From an uncultured delta proteobacterium (GTDB lineage Bacteria; Desulfobacterota; Binatia; Binatales; Binataceae), in the NCBI GenBank assembly GCA_963814035.1, contig CAWFBH010000018.1, positions 57,397 through 121,396 of the forward strand: 64,000 nt of DNA, given 5' to 3'. Each line of letters begins with the position of its first letter. The first letter of the stretch is position 1. The notes beneath the pieces are model-generated. The model was not told where the DNA came from and did not search any database. It worked only from the letters and a program-made list of their open reading frames with translations. Made by a program: the position numbers and the translations under genes. Below are positions 21,772-31,975 of this stretch, in pieces.

Positions 21772-22863
21772 ATGAAAGTGATCATCGCCGGAGGCGGAAC
21801 GGGAGGACATCTGTTTCCCGCCGTCGCGCTGGGCGAGGAACTGGTGCGCGAGCGTCCCGACACCGAGGTGCTCTACGTCGGCACGCGCTACGGCTTCGAG
21901 GCGAAATGGCTGCCGAAGACCAACTATCGTTACGAGTTGTACGATGTACACGGATTGCTCGGCGGGCGCGGCGCGATGGCGCGGGTGAAATCGATCGCGG
22001 AGCTCGTGAAGGCAATCGTCCTCGCGCGCGCGACGTTGAAGCGATTCGCTCCCGACCTGGTCGTGATTGCGGGCGGCTATGCCTCCGCACCGATGGGGCT
22101 CGCGGCGATTTTGTCGCGGACGCCGCTCGTCTTGATGGAGCAAAATACTACGCCGGGTTTTTCCAACCGGATGCTGTGGCGCTTCGCCAGAAAAATCTGT
22201 GTCGCCTTCGAAGCGAGCGCCGCGCATTTCAGTCGCGCAAAAGTGGTGGTGACCGGGATTCCATTGCGTTACCAGCCGCTGGCTGACCGGAGGCCGATTT
22301 CGGACAGTCCACTTCAAATCCTTGTTTTAGGCGCGTCGACCGGGGCACATCGTCTCAATTTAGGCGTCCTGAACGCTTTCAAAATCTGGAGAAATAGTGT
22401 TATAAAGTTTGCGGTCACCCATCAAACGGGCGAGGCGGATGAGGAGCTGGTGAGGGCGGAGTACCAAAAGCTGCCGCTGAAGGCGGACGTGATCGGGTTT
22501 ATAGACGATGTTCCGGGCGCATTGAGCCGGAGCGATCTCGTCGTCGCGCGCTCCGGCGGCGGCACCGTCACCGATGTTGCGCTGGCCGCCCGTGCGGCGA
22601 TTTTTGTGCCGTATCCGTTTCATCGCGATCGCCAGCAGTTTCACAACGCGCGCGTCATCGAAGGCGCGGGCGGCGCGATCATCGTCAATGACGATGACAA
22701 CCTCGGCGCGAACCTTGCGCGTGAAATTGAGCGGCTTGGGTCGAATCCGAAACTGCTGCGCGAGATGGGTGACAAGGCGCATGGCGCGGTACCATCAAAC
22801 GCCGCGCAGAAAGTTGCGCAAGTATGTTTCGATGTTGTTGAGCGCCGGAGCGTGACCCCGTGA
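21772..22863 (+). CDS. murG: Undecaprenyl-PP-MurNAc-pentapeptide GlcNAc transferase
   Basis: GGGTGGHLFP, GGYAS, EQN, RSGGGT, QFHNA. Confidence 0.96.
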   Translation: MKVIIAGGGTGGHLFPAVALGEELVRERPDTEVLYVGTRYGFEAKWLPKTNYRYELYDVHGLLGGRGAMARVKSIAELVKAIVLARATLKRFAPDLVVIAGGYASAPMGLAAILSRTPLVLMEQNTTPGFSNRMLWRFARKICVAFEASAAHFSRAKVVVTGIPLRYQPLADRRPISDSPLQILVLGASTGAHRLNLGVLNAFKIWRNSVIKFAVTHQTGEADEELVRAEYQKLPLKADVIGFIDDVPGALSRSDLVVARSGGGTVTDVALAARAAIFVPYPFHRDRQQFHNARVIEGAGGAIIVNDDDNLGANLAREIERLGSNPKLLREMGDKAHGAVPSNAAQKVAQVCFDVVERRSVTP

Positions 22864-24284
22864 CGCAATCGTCTTCGACATCGCTGCTCAATCGCCAGCG
22901 GCGGTTGCACTTCATCGGCATCGGCGGTGCCGGTATGAGCGGAATCGCCGAGCTGTCGTTGCGCCTCGGCTTCGCAGTCAGCGGATGCGATCTAAAGGAT
23001 GGCCGGGTAACCGCGAGACTCAAATCGCTCGGCGCCGAAATCGACACCGGTCATCATGCCGCGCACATCAAGCCCGAACTCGATGCGGTGGTAATTTCTT
23101 CCGCCGTGAAATTTTCCAATCCCGAGGTTGCGCGTGCTCGCGAGATGAAGATTCCGGTCATTCCGCGTGCCGAGATGCTCGGCGAGCTGTTGCGGATGGC
23201 GCGGGTCGGGATCGCCGTCGCGGGTACCCACGGCAAGACGACCACTACCGGTCTGGTCGGCCTCATCCTCGAAGAGGCGGGGCTCGATCCGACGGTCGCG
23301 ATCGGCGGGAATCTGCGCTCCCGCGGGAGCAACGTCCGCCTCGGTCGCGGCGATTACATGGTGGCCGAGGCCGACGAGAGCGACGCGTCATTTTTGCTGC
23401 TGGTGCCGACGCTCGCGATTGTCACCAACATCGACGCGGAACATCTCGATCATTATGGAAACATCGATCGCGTGCGCGATGCGTTTTTAAGCTTCATCAA
23501 TCACGTTCCTTTCTATGGCGCGGCGGTGCTGGGCATCGACAGCGTCAACGTGCGCGGACTGCTCCCGTCGATTCGCAAGCCGGTTGTCACTTACGGCATC
23601 GCGCCCGACGCGGACTTGCGCGCCGAGAAAATTGTCATCGATGGCCTCTCGACGCGGTTCGAAGTGGTGCGCAAGGGTGAAGTTCTTGGCGCGGTGACGA
23701 TTCCGACTCCGGGTGTGCATGTCGCGATGAATTCGCTTGCCGCGATCGCGATCGCCCTGGAGTTGGGCATCAGTTTCGAGGTCGCGGCGAAAGCGCTGGC
23801 GAAATTTTCCGGCATCAGCCGCCGTTTCGAGATCAAGGGCGAGGCCGCCGGCCGCATCGTCATCGACGACTACGCGCATCATCCTGAGGAAGTGAAGGCA
23901 ACGCTGGCGGCCGCGCGCGCGGCATTCAAGCGCCGCATCGTCGCGGTGTTCCAGCCGCATCGCTATACCAGGCTGCGCGATTTGTTCGATGGATTTTTAA
24001 GCGCGTTCGATGACGCCGATATGCTTTGCCTGATGGATATTTATTCCGCCGGCGAGGATGCGATTCCGGACGTGTCGTCGCATCGATTGTACGAGGCCAT
24101 CCTGAAACGCGGCCATCTCAATGTGAGATACCTCGGCGGCCTCAAGGGCACGGCGCAGAAGCTCGCCGACCTGACGATGCCGGGCGATGTGGTGCTGACG
24201 CTTGGCGCGGGCGATATTTATCAACTGGGCGACCAACTGCTTGCGGAACTTGGCGTTGAGCGAAAGACGCATGAGCAGGCTTGA
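22860..24284 (+). CDS. murC: UDP-MurNAc-L-alanine ligase
   Basis: GIGGAGMS, GTHGKTTT, EADESD, DDYAHHP, FQPHRYTR. Confidence 0.97.
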   Translation: MTQSSSTSLLNRQRRLHFIGIGGAGMSGIAELSLRLGFAVSGCDLKDGRVTARLKSLGAEIDTGHHAAHIKPELDAVVISSAVKFSNPEVARAREMKIPVIPRAEMLGELLRMARVGIAVAGTHGKTTTTGLVGLILEEAGLDPTVAIGGNLRSRGSNVRLGRGDYMVAEADESDASFLLLVPTLAIVTNIDAEHLDHYGNIDRVRDAFLSFINHVPFYGAAVLGIDSVNVRGLLPSIRKPVVTYGIAPDADLRAEKIVIDGLSTRFEVVRKGEVLGAVTIPTPGVHVAMNSLAAIAIALELGISFEVAAKALAKFSGISRRFEIKGEAAGRIVIDDYAHHPEEVKATLAAARAAFKRRIVAVFQPHRYTRLRDLFDGFLSAFDDADMLCLMDIYSAGEDAIPDVSSHRLYEAILKRGHLNVRYLGGLKGTAQKLADLTMPGDVVLTLGAGDIYQLGDQLLAELGVERKTHEQA

Positions 24285-25174
24285 TGATGAACTGCGTGAT
24301 GAATTTCGGGAGCGGCTCAAAGTGAACCAGTCACTCGCGGAATTCACTTCGTTTCGCATCGGCGGTCCGGCGGATCTGCTGGTTACCGTTGAGAGCGAGG
24401 CCGAGCTGATGCGCGCCAAGGCCGCGGCGCATCGCGCGGGCGTGCCTACTTTTTGCCTTGGTCATGGGACTAATTTGCTGGTCAGCGATCGCGGCATTCG
24501 AGGCCTGGTGATTCGGCTCGGCGAGGGATTCAACCAAGTCTCCATCGACGACGTGAAGGTTACCGCCGGTGCGGGCGTGGATTTTGGCGAATTGGTGGAA
24601 GCGGTCGTTGAGCGCGGCCTCGAGGGCCTGGAGTTCGGCGAGGGTATTCCCGGCACCGTCGGCGGCGGTCTGGTGATGAATGCGGGTGCATTCGGCGGCG
24701 AAATCGCGCGCGTGGTCAAGCTTGTTCATGGTGTGACCGGGGAGGGCGAAGCCCGCGCGCTTGCTCCCGACGAAGTAAACTTCGCATATCGGCGCACCAA
24801 TCTTCCCGCGCACTTCGTCATTACGCGGGTTGACTTCGAGTTGCATTATGGCGATCGCGATGAGTTGCGCGCGCGTGTGATGGAGGTTCGAGCCAAGCGC
24901 GCATCGCGCCAGCCGCGCGACGTTCCCAATGCGGGATCGATTTTCAAAAATCCTCCCGGCAACTTCGCGGGCCGTTTGCTCGAGGCTGCCGGGATGAAGG
25001 GTCATCGCATCGGCGGCGCGGCGATTCTCGGAGCAGCACGCTAATTTCATCGTCAATCTTGGTGGTGCGCGCGCCGACGATGTTCGCGCACTCATCGAGT
25101 TGGCGCGCGCAAAAGTTCGAGAGAACAGCGGGATTCATTTGGAGACCGAAGTGAAACTGGTTGGCGAATGGTAG
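24271..25174 (+). CDS. murB: UDP-N-acetylenolpyruvoylglucosamine reductase; frameshift near 25030
   Basis: FRIGGPA, GTNLLV, GIPGTVGG, MNAGA, GSIFKNP. HANF and LETEV lie in the shifted frame. Confidence 0.95.
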
Positions 25175-25300
25175 GCGCGATGAAGCTGGACGCACGTTGA
25201 TAAACGTGGATTTATAAAGATAGTAGTGGATACTGGGGCGACGGCGCCCGACTGACAGCGCGCGGGGCGCTATCAGGTTGGCGGGGTAGCGGGAGTTGAG

Positions 25301-26131
25301 GTGGCGGTGGCGGCGGCGAAGAAAAAGAAGACTGAAAGCGCATCGGGCTGGAGTCCGCGGTTGGCGGGCGTGCTGCTGTGCGCTTTTTTCGTTCTCGGCG
25401 TGATGACCGGTTTCAGCGAAGCCGGCCGCCGCGTCGCTCTGCGAACGAAAAATCTGCTCACGACCTGGACCGATCGCACGCTCGCGAAGCTCGGTCCGTT
25501 TCGCCATGCCGCCGATACGTTCGATCAGAGCATCGCGCCGATTGAGGTATTGCTGAAACTGAAACATCCCGCGTCGATGCCGTCTGCCTCGGGCGCCGAC
25601 GAACTTTCTCGCGCGCACGACGCTGACGATCCGATCGCGATCATCGAACGTCATGACGGCTTCTATGCGCTGCTGGCGCGGCGGTGAAATTCGCGGGCCG
25701 GTCTCGCCCGCCCAGCAGCCCGATCTCCCGATCATGAGCGGACCCGGAGTCGAGAGCGCGAGAGCGCCCGAGCTCTGAGCGATGCCGCGATTCTGGTCCG
25801 CGCTGAGGCGCAGATGTCGAGCCTCGTTTCCGAAATGCGCATCGATAACGACGGCACCGCCTCATTTTATCTCGATCGCGAGCGGATGGCGGTGGTGGTC
25901 GATCTGGATCGGCAGGCGGTTGAATTGCCGCGCGCGCTCGATGTCCTCAAGCAGTGGCAGGGGCGCGAGCGCCTGATCGCGATGCTCGATATGACCACGC
26001 CCGACATGGCGGTGGTGCGACTCAAGACCGATTTGCCAGCGCTCAAAAAGCGGCCTTCCACGATCGCGCGAACGACAGTCGCGGAGCCGGCGCGAGTCAG
26101 CATCGCGGAGCGCGGGGCGGTGGTGCGATGA
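25301..26131 (+). CDS. ftsQ: Divergent FtsQ/DivIB-like protein; frameshifted
   Basis: Basic N-terminus plus TM, PIAII and DLPIMSG-like segments, LDMTTPDMAVVR C-terminus, position just before ftsA. Confidence 0.65.
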
Positions 26132-27348
26132 GGAACATCGCTCGCAGCCCTCGACGTCGGCACCAGCAAGGTCTGCGCGATCGTCGCCGAGGTGCCGGTC
26201 GAAAATGAGATCGCGGTGCTCGGTTACGGCGTCGCACCGTGCGCCGGGCTGCGCAAGGGCGTAGTTGTCAACATCGACGCGACAGTGGAAGCGATTCGTG
26301 CCGCGGCTGAAGAAGCCGAGCGCAGCTCGGGCATGCGCATCGGTTCGGTTGCCGTCGGAGTCGCGGGCGCGCACATCCGCGGCCTCAATAGTCATGGCAT
26401 CGTTGCCGTGCGCGGTGGCGAAGTTGGGTCGCGCGATCTCGATCGCGTGATCGATGCCGCGCGCGCCGTCGCGATCCCGCTCGATCGCCAGGTACTGCAC
26501 ATCCTGCCGCAGCAGTTCGCGGTGGATGATCAGGAAGGGGTGCGCGATCCAATCGGGATGGCGGGGGTGCGCCTCGAGGCGCGCATCCATATCGTCACCG
26601 CCGCGCAGAGCTACGAGCGCGAACCTGACCAAGTGCTGCGAGCGCGCGGGGGTGACGCCTTCGGAGCTGGTGTTCGAGCCGCTCGCCTCCGCCGATGCGG
26701 CGCTGTTTCCTGAGGAGCGCGAACTGGGAGTGGCGTTGCATCGATATCGGCGGCGGCACCACCGACATCATCGTGTTTCATGGCGGCGCGGTGATGCATA
26801 CCGCGGTGCTGCCGATCGGCGGCAATCATCTTACCAATGATGTCGCGGCGGGCCTGCGCACGCCGGCCGCCGACGCGGAGAAACTCAAGATCGATTACGG
26901 CGTCGCGACCAGCCTGGTGGTGCGCCGCGATGAAACGGTGCAGGTGCCGGGAGTCGGCGGGCGCGAGCCGCGCATTATCGCGCGCCGCATCCTCGCGGAG
27001 ATCATCGAGCCGCGAATGGAAGAGATCTTCGCGATGGCGCAGCGCGAGCTGATGCGCTCGGGGGTCGCCGACAGTCTCGCCTCGGGACTGGTACTGGTCG
27101 GCGGCACCTCGCTGCTCGAAGGAACGCAGGAACTCGCGGAACGCGTCTTCAATCTTCCGGTGCGGCGCGGACTGCCGACGAATTTGAAAGGAATGCCTGA
27201 AGAGCTGATGAAGCCGATGTACACCACGTCCGCGGGCCTGTTGCTGTATCAGGCGGCATCGCGCGGGATGGGCAACGGTTCGGCGCGGTCGCGCAAGATC
27301 GGGCGGCTGCGCGCGCGGCTCTCAGATTGGGTAAGAGATTTTTTTTAG
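26128..27348 (+). CDS. ftsA: Cell division protein FtsA; frameshifted
   Basis: ALDVGTSKV, GLRKGVVVNI, DPIGMAGVRLE, IDIGGGTTD, C-terminal amphipathic LSDWVRDFF. Confidence 0.95.
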
Positions 27349-27414
27349 GCCGCGCGACAAGAAAGACTCCAGCGACGGCGGCAATCCACCGCAGTGGTGG
27401 AGGAGGAAGTGCTG

Positions 27415-28740
27415 ATGATTGAGTTGGTGGAACAATGCCGATCCGGGCGCACGAATCAAAGTGATCGGCGCGGGCGGATGCGGCGGCAACGCGGTCGCCC
27501 ACATGATCCAGGCCGGAGTCCGCAACGTCGATTTCGTCGCGGTCAATACCGACGCGCAGGCGCTGCAGAACAGCAGCGTGCCGGTGCGGCTGCAGATCGG
27601 CGAGAACATCACGCGCGGCCGCGGTACCGGCGGCAATCCGGAAATCGGGCGCAAGGCCGCGCTCGAAGAGTGAGGAGCGCCTGCGCGACATGCTGTCCGA
27701 AGCCGAAATGGTGTTCGTCACCGCGGGAATGGGCGGCGGCACCGGCACCGGCTCGGCGCCGGTGATCGCGAAAATCGCGCGCGAGCTCGGCGCGCTGACC
27801 GTCGGCGTTGTGACCAAGCCGTTTCAGTTCGAGGGTCGCAAGCGCGCGGCGCAGGCGGACCACGGACTGCGCGAGCTGAAGGCCGCCGTCGATACGCTGA
27901 TCACGATTCCCAATCAGCGCCTGCTCTCGGTCGCGAGCCGCAACATGTCGCTGCGCGAGGCGTTTACCAAAGCCGACGACGTGCTGCTGCAGGCGGTGCG
28001 CGGAATTTCCGAGCTGGTGACGGTGCATGGGCTCATCAATCTCGATTTCGCCGACGTGCGATCGATCATGGCCGAAATGGGCATGGCGATGATGGGTGCG
28101 TCGAGCGCGTCGGGCGAGAATCGCGCGGTCGAAGCGGCGCAGCGCGCGATCTCGAGTCCCGCTGCTCGAAGACGTATCGATCAAGGGCGCGCGCGGCTTG
28201 CTGATCAACTTCACCGGCGGCCCCGACATGTCGCTGTATGAAGTGAACGAGGCCGCCAGCCTGATTCATGAAGAAGCGCACGAAGACGCGAACATCATAC
28301 TGGGCGCGGTGATCGACGATCGCCTGACTGAGAGATTCGCGTGACCGTAATCGCGACCGGATTTGGCGAGCTGGAGCGCGCATCGCTCAGCCCCAAATAT
28401 TCGCCCTCGGGCACCGCGGTCACGACGCCGATCATGGCGTCCTCGACGCGGCCGGTGGATGCGAATGAGCTGCGACCGCTGTCATCGAGTATGCCCGCAT
28501 CGCACGGCGTCGCACGTCGTGCCGCCCACGCCAGTCCGCCACCGATCGGCCATTGCCCGGTTCGGAATCGTCCGGTGCGCAAGATGGGAATGATCGTGGA
28601 TGACAACACGCTCGACATCCCGGCCTTCAAGCGCCGGGGCGAAACGCCGTCGCTCTGACGAGAAACTGGAGCCCGAACGGATCGCGGAAGATGCGGACAA
28701 GCTCGACGTGCCGACGTTCCTGCGCAAACACCTCGACTGA
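27415..28740 (+). CDS. ftsZ: Cell division protein FtsZ; several frameshifts
   Basis: [41 protein letters not shown]-terminal [12 protein letters not shown]. Confidence 0.96.
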
Positions 28741-28792
28741 AGAGATCATTGAAAGAGCGCCTGGAGAAATCCAGGCGCTCCGACTTTTCGGG

Positions 28793-29020
28793 CTAGAGCG
28801 ACAGCAGCTTGCGCAGCCTGGGCGCGCTGAAACCGAGCATCGTTTCGTTGCCGACCTTGATGACGGGAACCGCGCGATATCCCATCGCGAGGAGCTCGTC
28901 GCGCGCCGCGGGATCATCGGCGAGGTTGCGCTCCGTATAAGTCACGTTGTGGCGATTCATAAAATCCATCGCCAGATGACACGCTGAACATCCGACGTTG
29001 GTGAAAATAGTGACGTCCAT
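28793..29020 (-). CDS. NrdH-like glutaredoxin
   Basis: CSAC CxxC motif, AVPVI cis-Pro motif, GFS; 75 aa. Confidence 0.88.
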   Translation of the reverse strand: MDVTIFTNVGCSACHLAMDFMNRHNVTYTERNLADDPAARDELLAMGYRAVPVIKVGNETMLGFSAPRLRKLLSL

Positions 29021-29033
29021 AGGATTTCCCTCC

Positions 29034-29426
29034 TTAATGTAGGCGGCCGCTTTTGCGTGCGCCGTTCGAGGACTGCATACATCGCCCGTCGCAATCCTTG
29101 ACCATCTTGCGCAGCGTGCGCCGTAGCCGCTGCAAGCGCTCGATTTCCGCATCCATCTCCGCGAGCTTGTGCTGAGCCTTATGCGTGACGGGGCCGCATT
29201 CGCGCGTCGATTTGACGCCCATCGAAAGCAGTTCCTTGATTTCACGCAGTGAGAAGCCGAGGCCTTTCGCCTCCTTGATGAATTCGAGGCGGTCGAGCAC
29301 ATCCTCCGAATAATCGCGATAGCCGGAGAACAGCCGTCGCGGCGATGAGATGAGGCCCTCGCGCTCGTAGAATCGCAACGTGTCGATGCTCAGTTCGGCC
29401 TTGTTCGCGACGCTGCCAATCTTCAT
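29034..29426 (-). CDS. MerR-family heavy-metal-responsive regulator (ZntR/CadR-like)
   Basis: KIGSVA...TLRFYEREGL, GYRDY, GFSLREI, Cys at the start of the dimer helix (RECGPV), C-terminal CDGRC. Confidence 0.9.
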   Translation of the reverse strand: MKIGSVANKAELSIDTLRFYEREGLISSPRRLFSGYRDYSEDVLDRLEFIKEAKGLGFSLREIKELLSMGVKSTRECGPVTHKAQHKLAEMDAEIERLQRLRRTLRKMVKDCDGRCMQSSNGARKSGRLH

Positions 29427-29447
29427 CCTTTGTAGCTCTCTTGGTAA

Positions 29448-29479
29448 ATCCTAGACCCTTGACCGTACTCCAGAGTCAA
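29448..29479 (-). promoter_or_regulatory. MerR-type promoter/operator with 20-bp spacer
   Basis: Minus strand reads TTGACT-CTGGAGTACGGTCAAGGGTC-TAGGAT, resembling the E. coli zntA promoter architecture. Confidence 0.8.
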
Positions 29480-29557
29480 GCGTCGAGGCGATGTTGTGAC
29501 GTTGAGAAACGCGGGGTGCCGCAGTGTATATATGGATGCGTTGCGACGAAGATTTTC

Positions 29558-29583
29558 ACGGGCCGTTCGCGAACGGCCCCTAC
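29558..29583 (-). repeat. GTAG-tagged REP, single copy
   Basis: Reverse complement GTAGGGGCCGTTCGCGAACGGCCCGT is identical to 33029-33054. Confidence 0.85.
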
Positions 29584-29618
29584 ACGATCCGGACGCGGCG
29601 GACTTTTAGGAAATATAA

Positions 29619-30599
29619 ATGAAAGCTGTGATTGCTGAAAAACCGGGTGACGAGAGCGTTCTCAAACTCGCCGAGGTTCCCGATCCCGTTCTTCGCGACG
29701 AAGACCTCATGATTGGCGTCACGCATGCCGCGCTCAATCGCGCCGACATCATGCAGCGCCAGGGATTTTATCCTCCGCCGCCGGGCGCGTCGGACATCAT
29801 CGGGCTGGAGGTTGCGGGAAAAGTCATCGCGGTTGGGCGCAAGGTCAAGGGATGGAAGGTCGGTGAGCGCGCGATGGCTCTGCTGGCCGGCGGCGGCTAC
29901 GCCGAGAAGGCCGCGGTGCATCATGGCTCGGCGATGCACGTGCCCGAGTCGCTCAGCGATGCGGAGGCCGCAGGCCTGCCGGAAGTTTTTCTCACTGCGT
30001 TTCTCAATCTGTTCATGCTGGCCGAAGTGAAGTTCGGCGACACCGTCCTGGTGCATGGCGGCGGGAGCGGAGTCGGCACCGCGTCGATCCTCCTGCTCAA
30101 GGAAATCGGCGCGCGCTCGATCGTGACCGCGGGCTCCGATGAGAAGTGCAATCAATGCCTCAAGCTCGGCGCCGATGTCGCGCTTAACTACAACAAGGCG
30201 CCTTTTGCTACCCAGGTTAAGACGGCGACCAACGGCCGCGGCGTTGACATCATCCTCGACAGCATCGGCGCGGCGTATCTGACGCCGAACATCGAGTCGC
30301 TCGCGCAGGGCGGGAGGCTCGTCCTCATCGGCTTGATGAAGGGCAACAAGAGCGAGATCGATCTGATGCCGGTGCTGCGCAAGCATCTGAAGATAATGGG
30401 CTCGACCTTGCGCAGCCGCCCGGAAGCGGAAAAGGCGGAAATCGTGAGGGCATTCGTGAACATGAATGCGCCGGCGCTGGAGCAGGGCAGGCTGCGTCCG
30501 CCGATTTATAAAGTGCTACCAGCCTCGGAGGCCGCCGCGGCACATCGGATGATGCAGGCGAGCGAGCACTTCGGAAAAATCGTCCTGAAGTTCGCGTAG
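29619..30599 (+). CDS. NAD(P)H:quinone oxidoreductase (PIG3/zeta-crystallin family)
   Basis: NRADIMQRQGFYPPPPG, GLEVAG, GGGYAE, HGGGSGVG, GSTLRSR, HFGKIVL. Confidence 0.92.
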   Translation: MKAVIAEKPGDESVLKLAEVPDPVLRDEDLMIGVTHAALNRADIMQRQGFYPPPPGASDIIGLEVAGKVIAVGRKVKGWKVGERAMALLAGGGYAEKAAVHHGSAMHVPESLSDAEAAGLPEVFLTAFLNLFMLAEVKFGDTVLVHGGGSGVGTASILLLKEIGARSIVTAGSDEKCNQCLKLGADVALNYNKAPFATQVKTATNGRGVDIILDSIGAAYLTPNIESLAQGGRLVLIGLMKGNKSEIDLMPVLRKHLKIMGSTLRSRPEAEKAEIVRAFVNMNAPALEQGRLRPPIYKVLPASEAAAAHRMMQASEHFGKIVLKFA

Positions 30600-30604
30600 C
30601 GGAC

Positions 30605-31441
30605 CTACATTCTCGGGGGGCCGGCTTCGATGCGCGCGCGGACTTCCTCGAGGGTGGTTTTCCAGGGCAGCGGCGCTTCGTTCCACCAGGTCGCGCCCGC
30701 CTCGATGAACGGTGCGACGATATCGGCAGCCTCGCGCTTTGATCTTCCCGCCGTGTCGCCCGCATGCACGATGTCGAACCGATCCGCACTGTTGCGATTC
30801 TCGCGAATGAACTTCGCGATCGCGCGCACATCATCGACGCTGAGATCCTTTTCGATGTTCGAGGACATTGGCACTACGCCATCGAAGCGCGCGGCGCGGC
30901 GAAATGGCCGAGGTCGCGGCCAGGTGCCGGCGATCCAGATCGGGATGCGAGGCTGAATTGGCTTCGGCAGGAACTGCGTCGGCTTGATGGTGTAGTGTTT
31001 GCCCTCGAATGAAAATTCCTCGCCGCTTAAGAGTCCGCTGACGATCGCGAGACCCTCATCGAGGACTTCCGCGCGCGCCACATCATCAGTCGGATATCCA
31101 AATGTGCTCAGCTCGCCGAACCAGTCGCCGCCGAGCCCGATCCCGAGGATGAGGCGTCCGCCGGAAAGATGATCGAGCGTGATCGCCTCGCGCGCGAGCT
31201 TCCACGGATGTCTGCGCGGCAGCGGCGTGATCATCGGACCGAAATTTATGCGCGAAGTCCCTGCCGCGATCGCCGCGAGTTGCACCGTCGGGTCGCCGAC
31301 CGCGCCCCCTCCCATCATCAGGACATGGTCCCAGATGAAAAAGCCGTCCCAGCCGGAGTCCTCGGCGCGATGCGCCAGGTCGGCGAGCACGCGCGGGTCC
31401 GCATAGGGTCCGAAGTTGGCGACATCGAATGCGTATTGCAT
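30605..31441 (-). CDS. LLM-class flavin-dependent oxidoreductase
   Basis: AEDSGWDGFFIWDH, TLDHLSGGRLILGIGLG, PKPIQPRIPIWIAG. Confidence 0.9.
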   Translation of the reverse strand: MQYAFDVANFGPYADPRVLADLAHRAEDSGWDGFFIWDHVLMMGGGAVGDPTVQLAAIAAGTSRINFGPMITPLPRRHPWKLAREAITLDHLSGGRLILGIGLGGDWFGELSTFGYPTDDVARAEVLDEGLAIVSGLLSGEEFSFEGKHYTIKPTQFLPKPIQPRIPIWIAGTWPRPRPFRRAARFDGVVPMSSNIEKDLSVDDVRAIAKFIRENRNSADRFDIVHAGDTAGRSKREAADIVAPFIEAGATWWNEAPLPWKTTLEEVRARIEAGPPRM

Positions 31442-31603
31442 GGGATCGTGATTAGGGAAGGTGCTCGGCCTGCGCAAGGGCTCGCGGCTGGTCACTCACT
31501 GCCTGCATAGATGACGGAGCGGCGAGTATCTGTAATCATCAGAAAGGGTGCGTTGATGGGGCGAAAATAAGACGAATCGATCAAGATCGATCTCGCGCGA
31601 AGT

Positions 31604-31942
31604 GCAAAAACAAATCCACTTCGAGCGTCGCGAGAAGTGATCGCGAGGCTCAGCGAGGGACCTCAGGTTGCATGACGCGGCGATCGTAAAAAGCGCAAAA
31701 ACAAACCCACTTCGCCGGAACGATCGAATAGGAAACTTACCAAACGAAGCCAAAAACATCAGGCAAATGCTGGAGTTCGGGAATATCGAGGTGCTCCACC
31801 GCCGGTCGCGAAGCGCGACCGGCTCTCACCCGTCTGGCACAGTTGTCGCGCAGCATAAGAGCGACAACTGCGCCATCCACCCTCTCTCGCGTCGCAAGAG
31901 AGGGGACATGGATGGGAGCATTTTGACGAAACGAAGCCAAAA
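31604..31942 (+). repeat. Four dispersed direct repeats, consensus AAAC[AG]AAnCCA
   Basis: GCAAAAACAAA(T/C)CCACTTCG at 31604 and 31695; AAACGAAGCCAAAA at 31742 and 31929. Confidence 0.65.
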
Positions 31943-31975
31943 GATCCGTTCGAATGTTGGATTTTCTTTGATCGA

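Noticed and set aside
31604-31942. CRISPR array
   Set aside because: Repeats are short and of two variants, spacing is irregular (91/43/187 bp) and no cas genes are present.
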